From: Ignavibacteria bacterium
Lineage (GTDB): Bacteria > Bacteroidota > Ignavibacteria > Kapaibacteriales > UBA2268
Length of the DNA stretch: 64,000 nt
Direction: 5' to 3'
Assembly: GCA_037440445.1 (NCBI GenBank)
Contig: JBBIUA010000005.1
Coordinates: 73,100 to 137,099, forward strand
Shown here: positions 37,525-47,722 of the stretch, piece by piece
Layout: the number at the start of each line of letters is the position of its first letter
Numbering within the stretch: position 1 is the first letter of the stretch
The notes under the pieces: model-generated
The model's database searches: none
What the model saw: only the letters and a program-made list of their open reading frames with translations
Told to the model about the DNA's origin: nothing
Position numbers and translations under genes: made by a program

Positions 37525-40203
37525 CTAATTATTTTTTTGTGAAATAATAAATAATGCCTTTTGCAAAGTTTGATCTTGTGTTAGTAATTCTGGTTCAATT
37601 TTTTCAAAAACGGGGATATTTGGTTGTACTCCTTCTTTATACAATGGATTTGAGAAGTTACCAAAAACATCAAAAGTTCCAAAATAGAAGGTAAATCCTC
37701 CAGGAAGTTGATACGAAACCATTTCCATTGGGTTTCCACCGGTTTGTTCTCCCACAAGTTTTCCAATTTTGTTAGTCTTGGCAATATCAGCGATTACTTC
37801 TGCAATTCCAATTGTCCTTTTGTCAATTAGGAATAAAACTTCCTTTGGAGTAAAATAAGAATTTCCTATAATTTTAGTTGAAATTACTTGATATGAAATA
37901 TTTTTCTTATTTGGAAATGCAAAAACTGGCAATTTCCAAGTTTTATTTGTAATTGTTTTGTCAGTAAATAATGCTAAAAATTGTTCACCCACTAATGATA
38001 TCCCACGCAAATCAAAGATGAAAAAAGGATACTTGGGTATTGTGTCTAATATATCTTTTAATTCTTTTTCCGAAATTCTGGTTAAATCAAAATAGGCTAT
38101 GTTTTTATCTAATATTTGAAATTTATTGGGCCTATTTTCAACCAAATCGAATGATGAAATATTTTTAGTAAAGGTGGTTGTATAAATTTTCCCATTTTTC
38201 TTTTTTAAAGTTAAAACCAGTGAGTCATCAGGAAGATTATTTCGAATAAAAGCCAAAGTTTTAAGATATTTCCATTCTGGTGAATTAAAACTTATTGCTT
38301 CTGAAATTGAGTCAACAAAATTTTTTGTTGGTTTAGAATTTATTTCTATAACTTCATCGGCAATTTCAACTTTGTTCAAACTTTCGGCTAATGCTGTAAG
38401 ATAAACTTTACCATTTATATACTTCCAAAGGAAAGGAAAGGTTTTTTCATTGATAAAATCTTTATGTATAATTCTTGCAACATTATCTTCGATTTGATTA
38501 GTTAGATTACAAAGCAAAAGATAAAATTGATAAGTTGAACTTACAAAGTTCAATTTTTCAAGTGACTTTGCGAGCCATTCATCAAAGTCAACATCGGTTT
38601 TAACATAGGTGTTGAAATGTTGAATAAAATTCCAAAATATTATTAAAATAGCTATTTGAGAATGCTTATTATTAAGGTTGAAATTACATTCATCTGTCTC
38701 GATTGGATTATTTGTATGTTTGTCGATGAATGAACGAGGAAGAATTAATGGAATTTCAATTAATGTATCATTGCTCAACTTAATGAAGGTTTTTTGTCCA
38801 ATTTCTGGTGTTTGAATGCGGGTTTCTGTGTCAGAAAAAAGTTGTAATACTTTTGAGCCAGTTTTAATAGATTTTGTTTTAACAAAAGCAAAATAACCAC
38901 TTTGTGAAGAAATGTCAAGTAGTTTCCAGTTGTAAACTAATAGGGAATCTCTTGAGATTTCGAAACTTGAATTTTTAAGAAGGTTTTCATTAGAATCTTC
39001 GACTTGGAAAAATGCATCGTCGCAATAAATTTCGCCTTCACCGACTAAAATTATTGCAGGGTTAGCAAAACTAGCATTCATCGGAATTTTAGTATCCAAT
39101 TCTATTTTTTTCCAATCATCGCTTGACTCATTTATTTCTTTAACATCGTAAGAAACTTGTTTATTATTTTTATCGTCGTAGCGTACAGCCAATATTACTT
39201 TTGAAGAATTACTTAAAAGTTTACCTTTGAAGTATACTGAAAACTTTGCATTTCTGCTTTGATACTTTTCTACATTAACGACTTGTTGAACTATTCCAGG
39301 TGATTTTCTTAAAGAGGATAAGAGATTTGCCTTTGTAGAGCCGAAGAATGGATGTGGTTTATCTGAAGGGAAACCATTATGAATCCAGAACAAATAACCT
39401 AAACTATCGTAACTTTGAGTATTGTTATTACTTAAAAAAATACTAAAAATATTTCGAATTTTCTTTTCAATTGAAATATCGGGATGATTTAATATGTATT
39501 CAATAGATTTCAAGGCGAAGCAATCCCAATTAGAAACAATATCGGATAGTGGGCAAAAATATCGGGCTATACCATATACTTTTGCAAAATCAACTAATTC
39601 GTTAATTTGATATTTTGTAAGTTGTTTATTGTTTTCTAAATTTTCATTTTCCTGTACAATTTCGAAGGACGCGCTGTCAATCCAAACTTTTCCATTTCCA
39701 AAAAGAAGTAAACCGAAATTAATTGTCACTGCATTTTTGCTTATTCTACCAACAATTTCTCTTACTTCCCATTCTCGAAGTACGCAGGGAGAATTTGGCA
39801 AGTATTCGAAAAAACCAGCTTCTTCTTCATTCGAGAATCTTTCTCTGACCCAGATATGGGCACTTCCACGGGAACTATGTATTTCGGCACGAATATATGC
39901 TCGAAATCGAATTAGTTTTCCCTGATAAGGTTTTGCATCAATACTTTGCATCACAGAGCCATAAACACCTTCTTTGAATTCACCTTCGCGAAAAAGTTCA
40001 AGACAAAATTTTCCATTGTGTGGTTCTTCGTCGGTTAAATACGCTTTGTAACCGAGGTTTTCTGCATATGAAGGAACGAACCAACCTTTTGGAAGTTTTC
40101 CTTTTTCACCGATTTCGAAGTCAAGATTATAAGGCACTGGTAAAGTTTGACCCCAAAGAGTTAAAATAGGGAATAAAAATAAAATGATAATTCTGGTTTT
40201 CAT
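37525..40203 (-). CDS. Secreted peptidase S41-like protein (possibly non-catalytic) with N-terminal jelly-roll/CBM-like modules
   Basis: Signal peptide. The C-terminal region has FIFDLRG and LIDKRTIGIAEVIADIAK...GKLVGEQTGGN, which resemble the S41 core. The ATG at 40203 overlaps the upstream stop (ATGA). Confidence 0.55.
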   Translation of the reverse strand: MKTRIIILFLFPILTLWGQTLPVPYNLDFEIGEKGKLPKGWFVPSYAENLGYKAYLTDEEPHNGKFCLELFREGEFKEGVYGSVMQSIDAKPYQGKLIRFRAYIRAEIHSSRGSAHIWVRERFSNEEEAGFFEYLPNSPCVLREWEVREIVGRISKNAVTINFGLLLFGNGKVWIDSASFEIVQENENLENNKQLTKYQINELVDFAKVYGIARYFCPLSDIVSNWDCFALKSIEYILNHPDISIEKKIRNIFSIFLSNNNTQSYDSLGYLFWIHNGFPSDKPHPFFGSTKANLLSSLRKSPGIVQQVVNVEKYQSRNAKFSVYFKGKLLSNSSKVILAVRYDDKNNKQVSYDVKEINESSDDWKKIELDTKIPMNASFANPAIILVGEGEIYCDDAFFQVEDSNENLLKNSSFEISRDSLLVYNWKLLDISSQSGYFAFVKTKSIKTGSKVLQLFSDTETRIQTPEIGQKTFIKLSNDTLIEIPLILPRSFIDKHTNNPIETDECNFNLNNKHSQIAILIIFWNFIQHFNTYVKTDVDFDEWLAKSLEKLNFVSSTYQFYLLLCNLTNQIEDNVARIIHKDFINEKTFPFLWKYINGKVYLTALAESLNKVEIADEVIEINSKPTKNFVDSISEAISFNSPEWKYLKTLAFIRNNLPDDSLVLTLKKKNGKIYTTTFTKNISSFDLVENRPNKFQILDKNIAYFDLTRISEKELKDILDTIPKYPFFIFDLRGISLVGEQFLALFTDKTITNKTWKLPVFAFPNKKNISYQVISTKIIGNSYFTPKEVLFLIDKRTIGIAEVIADIAKTNKIGKLVGEQTGGNPMEMVSYQLPGGFTFYFGTFDVFGNFSNPLYKEGVQPNIPVFEKIEPELLTQDQTLQKALFIISQKNN

Positions 40204-41570
40204 TTCACACAAACAGTTTTAATGTTAACAAACTCTCGAATACCAAAAACAGATAGTTCTCTTCCATAACCCGATTCTTTTATACCTCCAAATGGCAATC
40301 TTGGATCAGATCTTACAAAATCATTTACAAAGCAACATCCCGATTCCAATTTATTTTTTGCAATCCAATTGCCTTTGTCTTTATCTGATGTAAAAATTGC
40401 GGCTCCCAGCCCAAAGTTACTTTGATTAGCAAGTCTTATTGCATCTTCTTCGTCAATGGCTTCGATTATAGCAGCAACTGGGCCGAAGGTTTCTTCTTCA
40501 AAAACTGGGCTTTTTTGACTTTTTACAATTACAATGGTTGGGGCATAATAGTATCCTTTTCCGGGCGGAATTAGTCCACCTATATGAATCAAATCGCCAT
40601 TTTTTCTACTTCTTTCAACTTGATTATGTAAGTCTAATTGCAAATCTTTTCGAGCAAGTGGACCGATATCATTTTCAGGGTCCATAGGGTTGCCTAACTT
40701 TTTCTGCTTAAAATATATTGTAAATAGCTCAAGAAAACTTTCGAAAATTGGTTTCTCAATTATGAAACGCTTTCCCGCAATGCAACTTTGACCGTTATTA
40801 ATTAATCTTGCCGTGACACAAGTTTCGACTGTATTTTCAAGTTGAGCATCTTTCAAGACAACATACGGGTCGCTTCCGCCTAATTCAAGAACAGTTTTTT
40901 TTAAATTGGCTCCGGCTTGCTTTGCAACTTCTTTGCCGACAGGTGTACTTCCAGTTAATGTTACACCTTTGATTCTCGGGTCTTCAATAATTTTGGCAAC
41001 TTTATTGGAGCCAACTATAAGGTTTAGAAATACATCTTTAGGAAAACCAGATTCGAGAAAAATATTTTCAATTTGGATGGCACAGCCCATTGTATTACGA
41101 GAGTGCTTCAATAATGCTGTATTTCCAGCAGCAAGGTTTGGTGCTGCAAATCTAAAAACTTGCCAAAATGGGAAATTCCAAGGCATAATTGCAAGTATTG
41201 TTCCAAGAGGTTGAAAGGTAACATAACTACTACTCATTTCCGTTTGAATTTCGATGTCACTGAGTTGAGCAGGAGCATTTTCTGCATAATATTTACAAAC
41301 CCAAGAGCATTTATCGATTTCTGCAAGTGCCTGTTTAATTGGCTTTCCCATTTCAGTTGTGATTAATTTTGCAAGTTCTTCTTTTCTTTTCCGGAGAACT
41401 TCAGAGACATTATTAAGCAATTCGCATCTTTTTTCGATTGGTAAATTAGACCAGAGTTTAAAAGCTTTGTTTGACTTTTCAATTTTTTCGTCTATTTCTT
41501 TTTCGCTAAGTTCGGTATATTCGCCGATAATTTCTTCCGTTGCTGGATTAATAGTAAAAAATTTTTCCAT
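40200..41570 (-). CDS. gabD: NAD(P)-dependent aldehyde dehydrogenase, succinate-semialdehyde dehydrogenase (GabD1)-like
   Basis: 456-aa ALDH with catalytic Glu (VLELGGSDP) and Cys (NNGQSCIAGKR) motifs and the C-terminal PFGGIKESGYGRE. Confidence 0.8.
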   Translation of the reverse strand: MEKFFTINPATEEIIGEYTELSEKEIDEKIEKSNKAFKLWSNLPIEKRCELLNNVSEVLRKRKEELAKLITTEMGKPIKQALAEIDKCSWVCKYYAENAPAQLSDIEIQTEMSSSYVTFQPLGTILAIMPWNFPFWQVFRFAAPNLAAGNTALLKHSRNTMGCAIQIENIFLESGFPKDVFLNLIVGSNKVAKIIEDPRIKGVTLTGSTPVGKEVAKQAGANLKKTVLELGGSDPYVVLKDAQLENTVETCVTARLINNGQSCIAGKRFIIEKPIFESFLELFTIYFKQKKLGNPMDPENDIGPLARKDLQLDLHNQVERSRKNGDLIHIGGLIPPGKGYYYAPTIVIVKSQKSPVFEEETFGPVAAIIEAIDEEDAIRLANQSNFGLGAAIFTSDKDKGNWIAKNKLESGCCFVNDFVRSDPRLPFGGIKESGYGRELSVFGIREFVNIKTVCVK

Positions 41571-41645
41571 TTTCCATTTCCTATTATTTAGGAATTCAAA
41601 AATAGTATTTAATTTAGACTTTTTGGTTATTCATTTTTCTAATGA

Positions 41646-43292
41646 ATGAGAACTTCAATTTATTTTTTGTTTTGTTATTTAGTTTTGCTATATTCTTGTG
41701 CTAACCCCAAGCCACCAAGCGGTGGACCTCCAAATCGCATACCTCCAAAAATAATTAAGTTTTATCCCGAGAATAGAACCACAGGTTTTTCCGAAAATAG
41801 AATTTACATTACTTTTAGTACCTGGGTCGATAGAAGTAGTGTTTTGAACAATATTTTTTTTAATCCTAGCATCAAGTACGAAGTGAAATGGAGTGGAAAG
41901 AAACTAACATTAAAATTTTCCGAGGAATTGCCCCAAGGTGTTACTATCTCTTTTTTTGTTGGAACAGATTACTCCGATTTAGACGGGAACAAGCCTTCCG
42001 AACCTTTTTCGCTTGTATTTTCAACTGGTGATAAAATTGATAGTGGAATCATAGTTGGGAAAGTTGTTGGTAAAGATTTAAATAAAGTTTTTATTTATGC
42101 CGTTCCAATTAATTTTCGTCTGGATTCTTTGATTGACTTTAAAAGTTTATTTCATTATAAAACTCAGCCTAACTCACAAGGGTTTTTCAAGTTAGATGCA
42201 CTTAAATATGGATATTACTTGTTATTTGGCTTTTACGACTCTAATGGAAACAAGGAATTTGATAAAGGTATAGATGGATTTGGCTTGTATTCCGACTCTA
42301 TACTTGTTACTAATTCAATAAAAGATACTGTTTTTATTGTTTTATCTCCACCAAAAGATGAATATCCGCCTCAGTTAATTGATGTTGTAAGTTTGTCGAA
42401 GAATATCATTGTATTAAAATTTAATGAGCAAATTCATTTCGATACAAATTTTATTGTATCTGATATAACAATTTCGGACTCTACTCGAAAAAAAGAAGAA
42501 TTTCCATTTAATGTATTGCTAAACGTTGAAGAACCTTCCTCTTGTTTTGTTTTTTTTAGAGAAAAATTACCAGAGGGCATTTATTCCTTTATTATAAAAA
42601 AGCCTGAAATGATTTATGATTCATCAGGCAATAAATTAGATTTCTCAAAATCGTACTCTTTCCGTGTTCCTCAAATTTCTCAACCAGTTAAACCGAATTT
42701 GATTCCAAAAAAGTTAATTCTAGCTAATCCTACAGAAGAGGTGACAACCTCATTCAATATTCCTATTGATACTAACCAAACACACCTACAAATAGCAATA
42801 ATTGATTTAGAAAAAAAAGATACAATAAGCCTAAATTATTCTTGGATTAACAATTTTGCTTTTAAGTACAAAATTCCAAAAATTCGATGGCGAAGTAATT
42901 TTATTCTTAATGTAATCTCGGACAGTATTTTCGATTATTTTGGCAACATATTCCTTTCACAAAGTTACGCTCAAAATATTTCGGTTGCTGATGAACCTCG
43001 AGTTGGAAGCATTAAAGGGAGAATACTTGCCCCGCTCGACACGACTTATGGCAATCCGGTCATAATGGCTTTAGGTAAGGATAGAGTTTTTGTTTCTATT
43101 ATTAATAATAATTGGAATTTTTCTGATTTGCCAGAAGGGGAATATACACTTGTTGCCTTTTATGATAAAAATAATAATTTGAAATATGATTTCGGTAGGG
43201 TAAATCCTGTTGAGTTTTCTGAAAGGGTCCTCAAAGTACTTGATAGAGTTGAAGTAAAAAAAGGGTGGACTATAGAGGAAATTAATTTTTAG
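41646..43292 (+). CDS. Lipoprotein with SbsA-type Ig-like domains
   Basis: Lipobox LLYSC, followed by PPKIIKFYPENRTTGF... typical of Big_5/SbsA_Ig modules. The C-terminal segment is carboxypeptidase-regulatory-like (GSIKGRIL...EGEYTLVAFYDKNNN). Confidence 0.55.
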   Translation: MRTSIYFLFCYLVLLYSCANPKPPSGGPPNRIPPKIIKFYPENRTTGFSENRIYITFSTWVDRSSVLNNIFFNPSIKYEVKWSGKKLTLKFSEELPQGVTISFFVGTDYSDLDGNKPSEPFSLVFSTGDKIDSGIIVGKVVGKDLNKVFIYAVPINFRLDSLIDFKSLFHYKTQPNSQGFFKLDALKYGYYLLFGFYDSNGNKEFDKGIDGFGLYSDSILVTNSIKDTVFIVLSPPKDEYPPQLIDVVSLSKNIIVLKFNEQIHFDTNFIVSDITISDSTRKKEEFPFNVLLNVEEPSSCFVFFREKLPEGIYSFIIKKPEMIYDSSGNKLDFSKSYSFRVPQISQPVKPNLIPKKLILANPTEEVTTSFNIPIDTNQTHLQIAIIDLEKKDTISLNYSWINNFAFKYKIPKIRWRSNFILNVISDSIFDYFGNIFLSQSYAQNISVADEPRVGSIKGRILAPLDTTYGNPVIMALGKDRVFVSIINNNWNFSDLPEGEYTLVAFYDKNNNLKYDFGRVNPVEFSERVLKVLDRVEVKKGWTIEEINF

Positions 43293-43297
43293 CATCT

Positions 43298-44140
43298 ATG
43301 GAAGATTTAAGAATTCAAGAGAATTTACTTCAAAGGTTAGCCTTACTTCAAAAAAACTATGAAGTAAATCTAAGTAAAACAAAGGAAAATTTTGATGATG
43401 AAGCAATTCACGATTTAAGAGTATGTATTCGTCGTTTGCTTGCCTTTGTTAGATTTATTGATAGCTTTTGTGAAAGTGAAACTAATTTGATTCTTAAAAC
43501 CAAACTAAAAAAGAATATTAAACTTTTCAATAAGTTACGTGACATTCAAGTTCAAATTGAATACATCATAAATATTATCAAAAAATTTCCTGCAACGTTA
43601 GATTTTTTAGTTTCTTTGAAAAAACAGGAAAAGAAACAAATAAAAAAATTGAAAAAAATTTTAAGCGGGACTGAATTTGACCTCGCAGGCGAATTATTTT
43701 TTTATCGAATAGAATTAAAAAATTTAGAGTGTTTCAATAACATTACTTTTAATGGAATTTTTGAACTTGCAAAATTTACATTTATGGAAACTGAAAAGGC
43801 TGTTTCAGAAATATTTATAGATGATTTCACTACTTACCATAAAACTCGACTTGCTTTTAAAAGATTTCGTTACACTATAGAAACAGTACAAAATATTCTT
43901 CAGGTTTCGAATGAAAGACTTAAAGAGTTACAAAATATACAAACAATACTTGGGGAAATACAGGATTACACAGTTATGTTGGAATTGTTTTCTGAATTTT
44001 TGAAGGACGAAGGAAAAGAATTGTGGGAATTTCAAAACTTTGTGGAATTTATTCAACAAAAAAGAAGGTTAAAAGTTGAGGATTTTTGGAAAAAATTGAA
44101 TTTCGTTGAATTTTGGCGTAATTTTTTTATGAAAATTTAG
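43298..44140 (+). CDS. CHAD domain protein
   Basis: AIHDLRVCIRRLLAFVRF and YHKTRLAFKRFRYTIE match the CHAD helical-repeat signature. No CYTH or other domain is attached. Confidence 0.75.
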   Translation: MEDLRIQENLLQRLALLQKNYEVNLSKTKENFDDEAIHDLRVCIRRLLAFVRFIDSFCESETNLILKTKLKKNIKLFNKLRDIQVQIEYIINIIKKFPATLDFLVSLKKQEKKQIKKLKKILSGTEFDLAGELFFYRIELKNLECFNNITFNGIFELAKFTFMETEKAVSEIFIDDFTTYHKTRLAFKRFRYTIETVQNILQVSNERLKELQNIQTILGEIQDYTVMLELFSEFLKDEGKELWEFQNFVEFIQQKRRLKVEDFWKKLNFVEFWRNFFMKI

Positions 44141-44176
44141 TAATTTTACTTGGTCGTTTTGTTAATTTGGAAGGTA

Positions 44177-44683
44177 ATGAGTTCAATAGAGTTACCAACA
44201 AATCATTACTTTGGATTAAAGAACAAACTTAAGGATATTATTGGAAGCGAGAAGAATTTTGTAGCAAATGCAAGTAATTTTGCTTCTTTGATTTACCATC
44301 AATTGGATGGAGTTAGTTGGGCTGGCTTTTATTTTCTGGCGAACAATCATTTGGTTTTAGGACCATATATTGGTAAAGTTGCCTGTGTTCGCATTCCAAT
44401 TTCCGAAGGGGTTTGTGGTTCTGCCGTTAGGACCCGAAAAACTATTATTGTTCCCGATGTACATAAATTTCCCGGATACATACCTTGCGACCCAAGTGCT
44501 AATTCAGAACTTGTTGTACCTATCTTTTATAATAATTCAGTAATTGGGGTATTCGACATTGATAGTGCAAATTATAATCGATTTAGCGATTACGAAGCGA
44601 ATCTTGTTTCAAATTTGCTCGAAATTCTTGTGGAAAGTTCTTTAGTAAACCCCTTGATTAAATATTATGAGAGAGCTTTTTAG
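44177..44683 (+). CDS. msrC: GAF-domain free methionine-(R)-sulfoxide reductase
   Basis: WAGFYF...LVLGPYIGKVACVRIPISEGVCG...VPDVHKFPGYIPCDPSANSELVVP includes the three conserved Cys of fRMsr/YebR. Confidence 0.8.
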   Translation: MSSIELPTNHYFGLKNKLKDIIGSEKNFVANASNFASLIYHQLDGVSWAGFYFLANNHLVLGPYIGKVACVRIPISEGVCGSAVRTRKTIIVPDVHKFPGYIPCDPSANSELVVPIFYNNSVIGVFDIDSANYNRFSDYEANLVSNLLEILVESSLVNPLIKYYERAF

Positions 44684-46319
44684 CTTATTTTTCTTACTTT
44701 GTATTTATAAGGTATTTGGTCAAGTTGTAATTAATGAAATTTTTCCTGCCCCCACTCAACCTAAATCTGAATGGATTGAAATTTACAACCCAAGCGAAAG
44801 TGAAATATTCCTCGATGGTTTGATTTTAACAAATCGTAATTATTCGACAAAAATTGAAAAACCAATTTTTATTTCCCCCAATTCTTTTTTAGTTATTCTA
44901 TATGATACAATTGGTTTTTCTGATTTTCTTTCTTGTAAATATTTAGTTGCTAAATTCCCAACACTTCATAATGATTGGGATGTTATTACAATTAGAAAGA
45001 TGGATTCTACAGTTATTGATAGCATTTATTATGATTTTAAATGGGGACAAAAGAACTTTTCTCTTGAACGATATGATTGGAGTGTTCCAGCTGTTTCAAA
45101 AGACAATTGGAATATTTCTAACGGTATCAGCGGACATACTTTGTGCCAAATGAATAGTAAACATATAGAGGAGATATCAATTGAAGATATATCTAATTTC
45201 GATAAAGGCAATTTTAGTTTAGTTTTAAAAAACATCGGAAGGAAAGAAATCAACAATATCTTTGTAAGTTTTAATTTGCATTTAAATATTAACTCTCAGG
45301 ATTCTATTTTACCTGTCTTTTTTCGTTCAATTGAACATTTGATGCGTAATGATTCAATTCATTTTACTTTCCGATTGGATTCTATAATATTTTCACTTGA
45401 TTATAATTTATTAAAAGGAATTGAATATCAAATTATTTTCGATTCTCTTGGTGTAAAGGTTTTAAGGGAGAGAAATATTTCGTTAAATTTGCCAAAACCT
45501 TTAAATAGTATTTTATTAAATGAGATATTGTTTGATGCTTATTCAGGCTGTGGTGAGTTTTTAGAGTTAGTCAATATTTTAAATGAAAATGTATCTTTAT
45601 CGAATTGGAAAATAATTAATAGTTCTGGTAAAGCAATATTCATTCCTGAAGATACTTTATTGAAACTGAATTCGGGTCAGTATCTTGCTTTGGTTTGGGA
45701 TTCTACGTTTTTTAATTGTTTTGAAGAAAAAATAGGCGAAAAAAATGTTTACTTTATAAAATCTTCATTTTCTTTACGAAATAGTGGGGATCAAATCTAT
45801 GTCCTGGACCCTATTGGATTAGTTCAAGACTCAATAAACTATTCCCCAGATTGGCACAAAGGAAAAATTACAAATGTCAAGCAAAGAAGCCTTGAGAAAA
45901 TGATAGAAACTGTTGCATCTTATGATTCTTCGAATTGGTATACTTGTGTAGATGAACGTGGAGCAACACCAGGGGAAATTAATAGTGTTTCGATACAAAA
46001 AGATGAAAGCATATGGATTGAAATTGAACCCAATCCATTTATACCGCAAAAGGTTGAAAGGGGGATTTGCAAAATACATTTCCGTTTACCATTCGTTCAA
46101 TCAAGGTTGAATATGAAGATATTTGACCTTGATGGGGTGCAAATTTGTGATATTTTAACCAATGAACTTTCTCCTTCTTCGGGTACTATTGAATGGGATG
46201 GTAAAATTGGAAATCAAGGTTTCATAAAAGTTGGTGGATATCTTTTAGTATTGGAGGCAATAGATATTCAAACTGGAAAAGTTTTGAAAAAAATTAGAAC
46301 TTTGGCAATAGGTTGGTAA
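44667..46319 (+). CDS. Secreted protein with two lamin-tail domains and a C-terminal FlgD-Ig-like domain
   Basis: Signal peptide. LTD signatures are VVINEIFPAP...EWIEIYNPSESEIFLDGLIL and ILLNEILFDAYSGCGEFLELVN...LSNWKI. The C-terminus reads EPNPFIPQ...MKIFDLDGV...GTIEWDGK...GGYLLVLEA. Confidence 0.7.
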   Translation: MRELFSLFFLLCIYKVFGQVVINEIFPAPTQPKSEWIEIYNPSESEIFLDGLILTNRNYSTKIEKPIFISPNSFLVILYDTIGFSDFLSCKYLVAKFPTLHNDWDVITIRKMDSTVIDSIYYDFKWGQKNFSLERYDWSVPAVSKDNWNISNGISGHTLCQMNSKHIEEISIEDISNFDKGNFSLVLKNIGRKEINNIFVSFNLHLNINSQDSILPVFFRSIEHLMRNDSIHFTFRLDSIIFSLDYNLLKGIEYQIIFDSLGVKVLRERNISLNLPKPLNSILLNEILFDAYSGCGEFLELVNILNENVSLSNWKIINSSGKAIFIPEDTLLKLNSGQYLALVWDSTFFNCFEEKIGEKNVYFIKSSFSLRNSGDQIYVLDPIGLVQDSINYSPDWHKGKITNVKQRSLEKMIETVASYDSSNWYTCVDERGATPGEINSVSIQKDESIWIEIEPNPFIPQKVERGICKIHFRLPFVQSRLNMKIFDLDGVQICDILTNELSPSSGTIEWDGKIGNQGFIKVGGYLLVLEAIDIQTGKVLKKIRTLAIGW

Positions 46320-46320
46320 A

Positions 46321-46554
46321 TCATTTTTCCAAGTTTTTTTGTGCAGGCTTTTTGTTGTCTTCTTTCTCAGCAAGCGTTGCATTAACTTCACGTGTTATAT
46401 TTGTGATTTCTTCTTGGATTTGATTTTGTGCCTGCCTCATTTTTTGTATTCCCTTATTAATAAAACGGGAAACTTCCGGAATTTTTTCCGGTCCAAATAA
46501 TATTATCACAGCAATCAAAATTAAAAGTAATTCTCCGCCACCAACATCAAACAT
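46321..46554 (-). CDS. Tat translocase TatA/E-family protein, TatB-like
   Basis: [27 protein letters not shown] resembles the TatB N-terminus (MFDIG..ELL...GP..LP). The internal ATG at 46554 is preferred over the longer ORF. Confidence 0.7.
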   Translation of the reverse strand: MFDVGGGELLLILIAVIILFGPEKIPEVSRFINKGIQKMRQAQNQIQEEITNITREVNATLAEKEDNKKPAQKNLEK

Positions 46555-46558
46555 ATAA

Positions 46559-46744
46559 TTATTCTGAATTATTTTGTTTTGAACTGCTATGTGAAGAATT
46601 ATCTTGTTCAATATTTGAAGCTTTTTTAAATTCACGAATTCCTTGTCCAAGCCCACGCATCAATTCGGGAATCTTTCTACCTCCGAAAATAAGCAGGATA
46701 ATTACTGCAATTAAAATAAGTTCTTGAACACCAAGATTAAACAT
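46559..46744 (-). CDS. tatA: Tat translocase protein TatA
   Basis: [42 protein letters not shown] has the TatA FG hinge and FKKA motif. SD GGAGG (plus-strand CCTCC at 46749-46753). Confidence 0.8.
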   Translation of the reverse strand: MFNLGVQELILIAVIILLIFGGRKIPELMRGLGQGIREFKKASNIEQDNSSHSSSKQNNSE

Positions 46745-46758
46745 AAAACCTCCATGTA

Positions 46759-47451
46759 TTAAAGAAAATTGTTTGCAATTGACTGAAAAATCAAAGTGCC
46801 ATCTGTGCCTCCGAGAGTTGCATCGCAATATCGTTCAGGATGCGGCATCATTCCTAACACATTTTTCTTTTTGTTCACAATTCCTGCGATATTTTTCAAA
46901 GAGCCATTTGGATTTGCCTGCTCAGAAACAACACCGTTTGACTCGCAATATTGAAACACAATTTGCCCGTTATCCTCAAGCTCTTTGATGGTATCATTGT
47001 CAGCGTAATAATTTCCCTCAAAGTGTGCAATCGGTATTTTCAATATGCTATCCTTTTTGATTAACGAGGTGAATGGAGTGTTAGTGTTTATTGTTTTCAA
47101 AAAAACATCCTTGCAAATAAAGCGTAATGAAGTATTTTTCAGCAAAGCACCGGGCAACAAACCCGATTCAGTTAGTATTTGAAAACCATTGCAAATTCCT
47201 ATAATTAACCCTCCATTTTGAGCGAATCTAATAATCTCTTTCATAATTGGAGAAAATCTGGCAATAGCCCCAGTTCGAAGATAGTCTCCATAAGAGAATC
47301 CACCTGGTAGGACTATACAGCGAATATCTGCAGGGATGCTCGTGTCTTTATGCCAAAGGAATTGGACTTCGTATCCAAGATTATGTTTGATAGCATAATA
47401 AGCATCATGGTCGCAATTAGAACCAGGGAATACAACAATTCCGAATTTCAT
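46759..47451 (-). CDS. purQ: Phosphoribosylformylglycinamidine synthase, glutaminase subunit PurQ
   Basis: Nucleophile motif GICNGFQ and MPHPER. Confidence 0.9.
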   Translation of the reverse strand: MKFGIVVFPGSNCDHDAYYAIKHNLGYEVQFLWHKDTSIPADIRCIVLPGGFSYGDYLRTGAIARFSPIMKEIIRFAQNGGLIIGICNGFQILTESGLLPGALLKNTSLRFICKDVFLKTINTNTPFTSLIKKDSILKIPIAHFEGNYYADNDTIKELEDNGQIVFQYCESNGVVSEQANPNGSLKNIAGIVNKKKNVLGMMPHPERYCDATLGGTDGTLIFQSIANNFL

Positions 47452-47720
47452 TGTTTTTCCTTTTCGCTCATTTCAGAAACTTTTATTTCATAGGTCTCTA
47501 TATTAGGATTAAAGAGAAGTTTATCGGTTGCTTCCTTTGCAATTTTTTCTGCATCTTCGATTGTATTTGAATCAATAAAAAAAGTTATGTATTTACCAAT
47601 TCGAATGTGACTAACTTGGTCGAAACCCAGTGTCTTTAGTGAATTTTCGACGGTTTTGCCTTGAACATCGAGGATTCCTTTTTTCAACATTACTTTTACA
47701 GTTGCTAAAAATTTTGGCAT
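47448..47720 (-). CDS. purS: Phosphoribosylformylglycinamidine synthase subunit PurS
   Basis: 90-aa protein containing [19 protein letters not shown]. It overlaps the purQ start (ATGA). Confidence 0.85.
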   Translation of the reverse strand: MPKFLATVKVMLKKGILDVQGKTVENSLKTLGFDQVSHIRIGKYITFFIDSNTIEDAEKIAKEATDKLLFNPNIETYEIKVSEMSEKEKQ

Positions 47721-47722
47721 TT

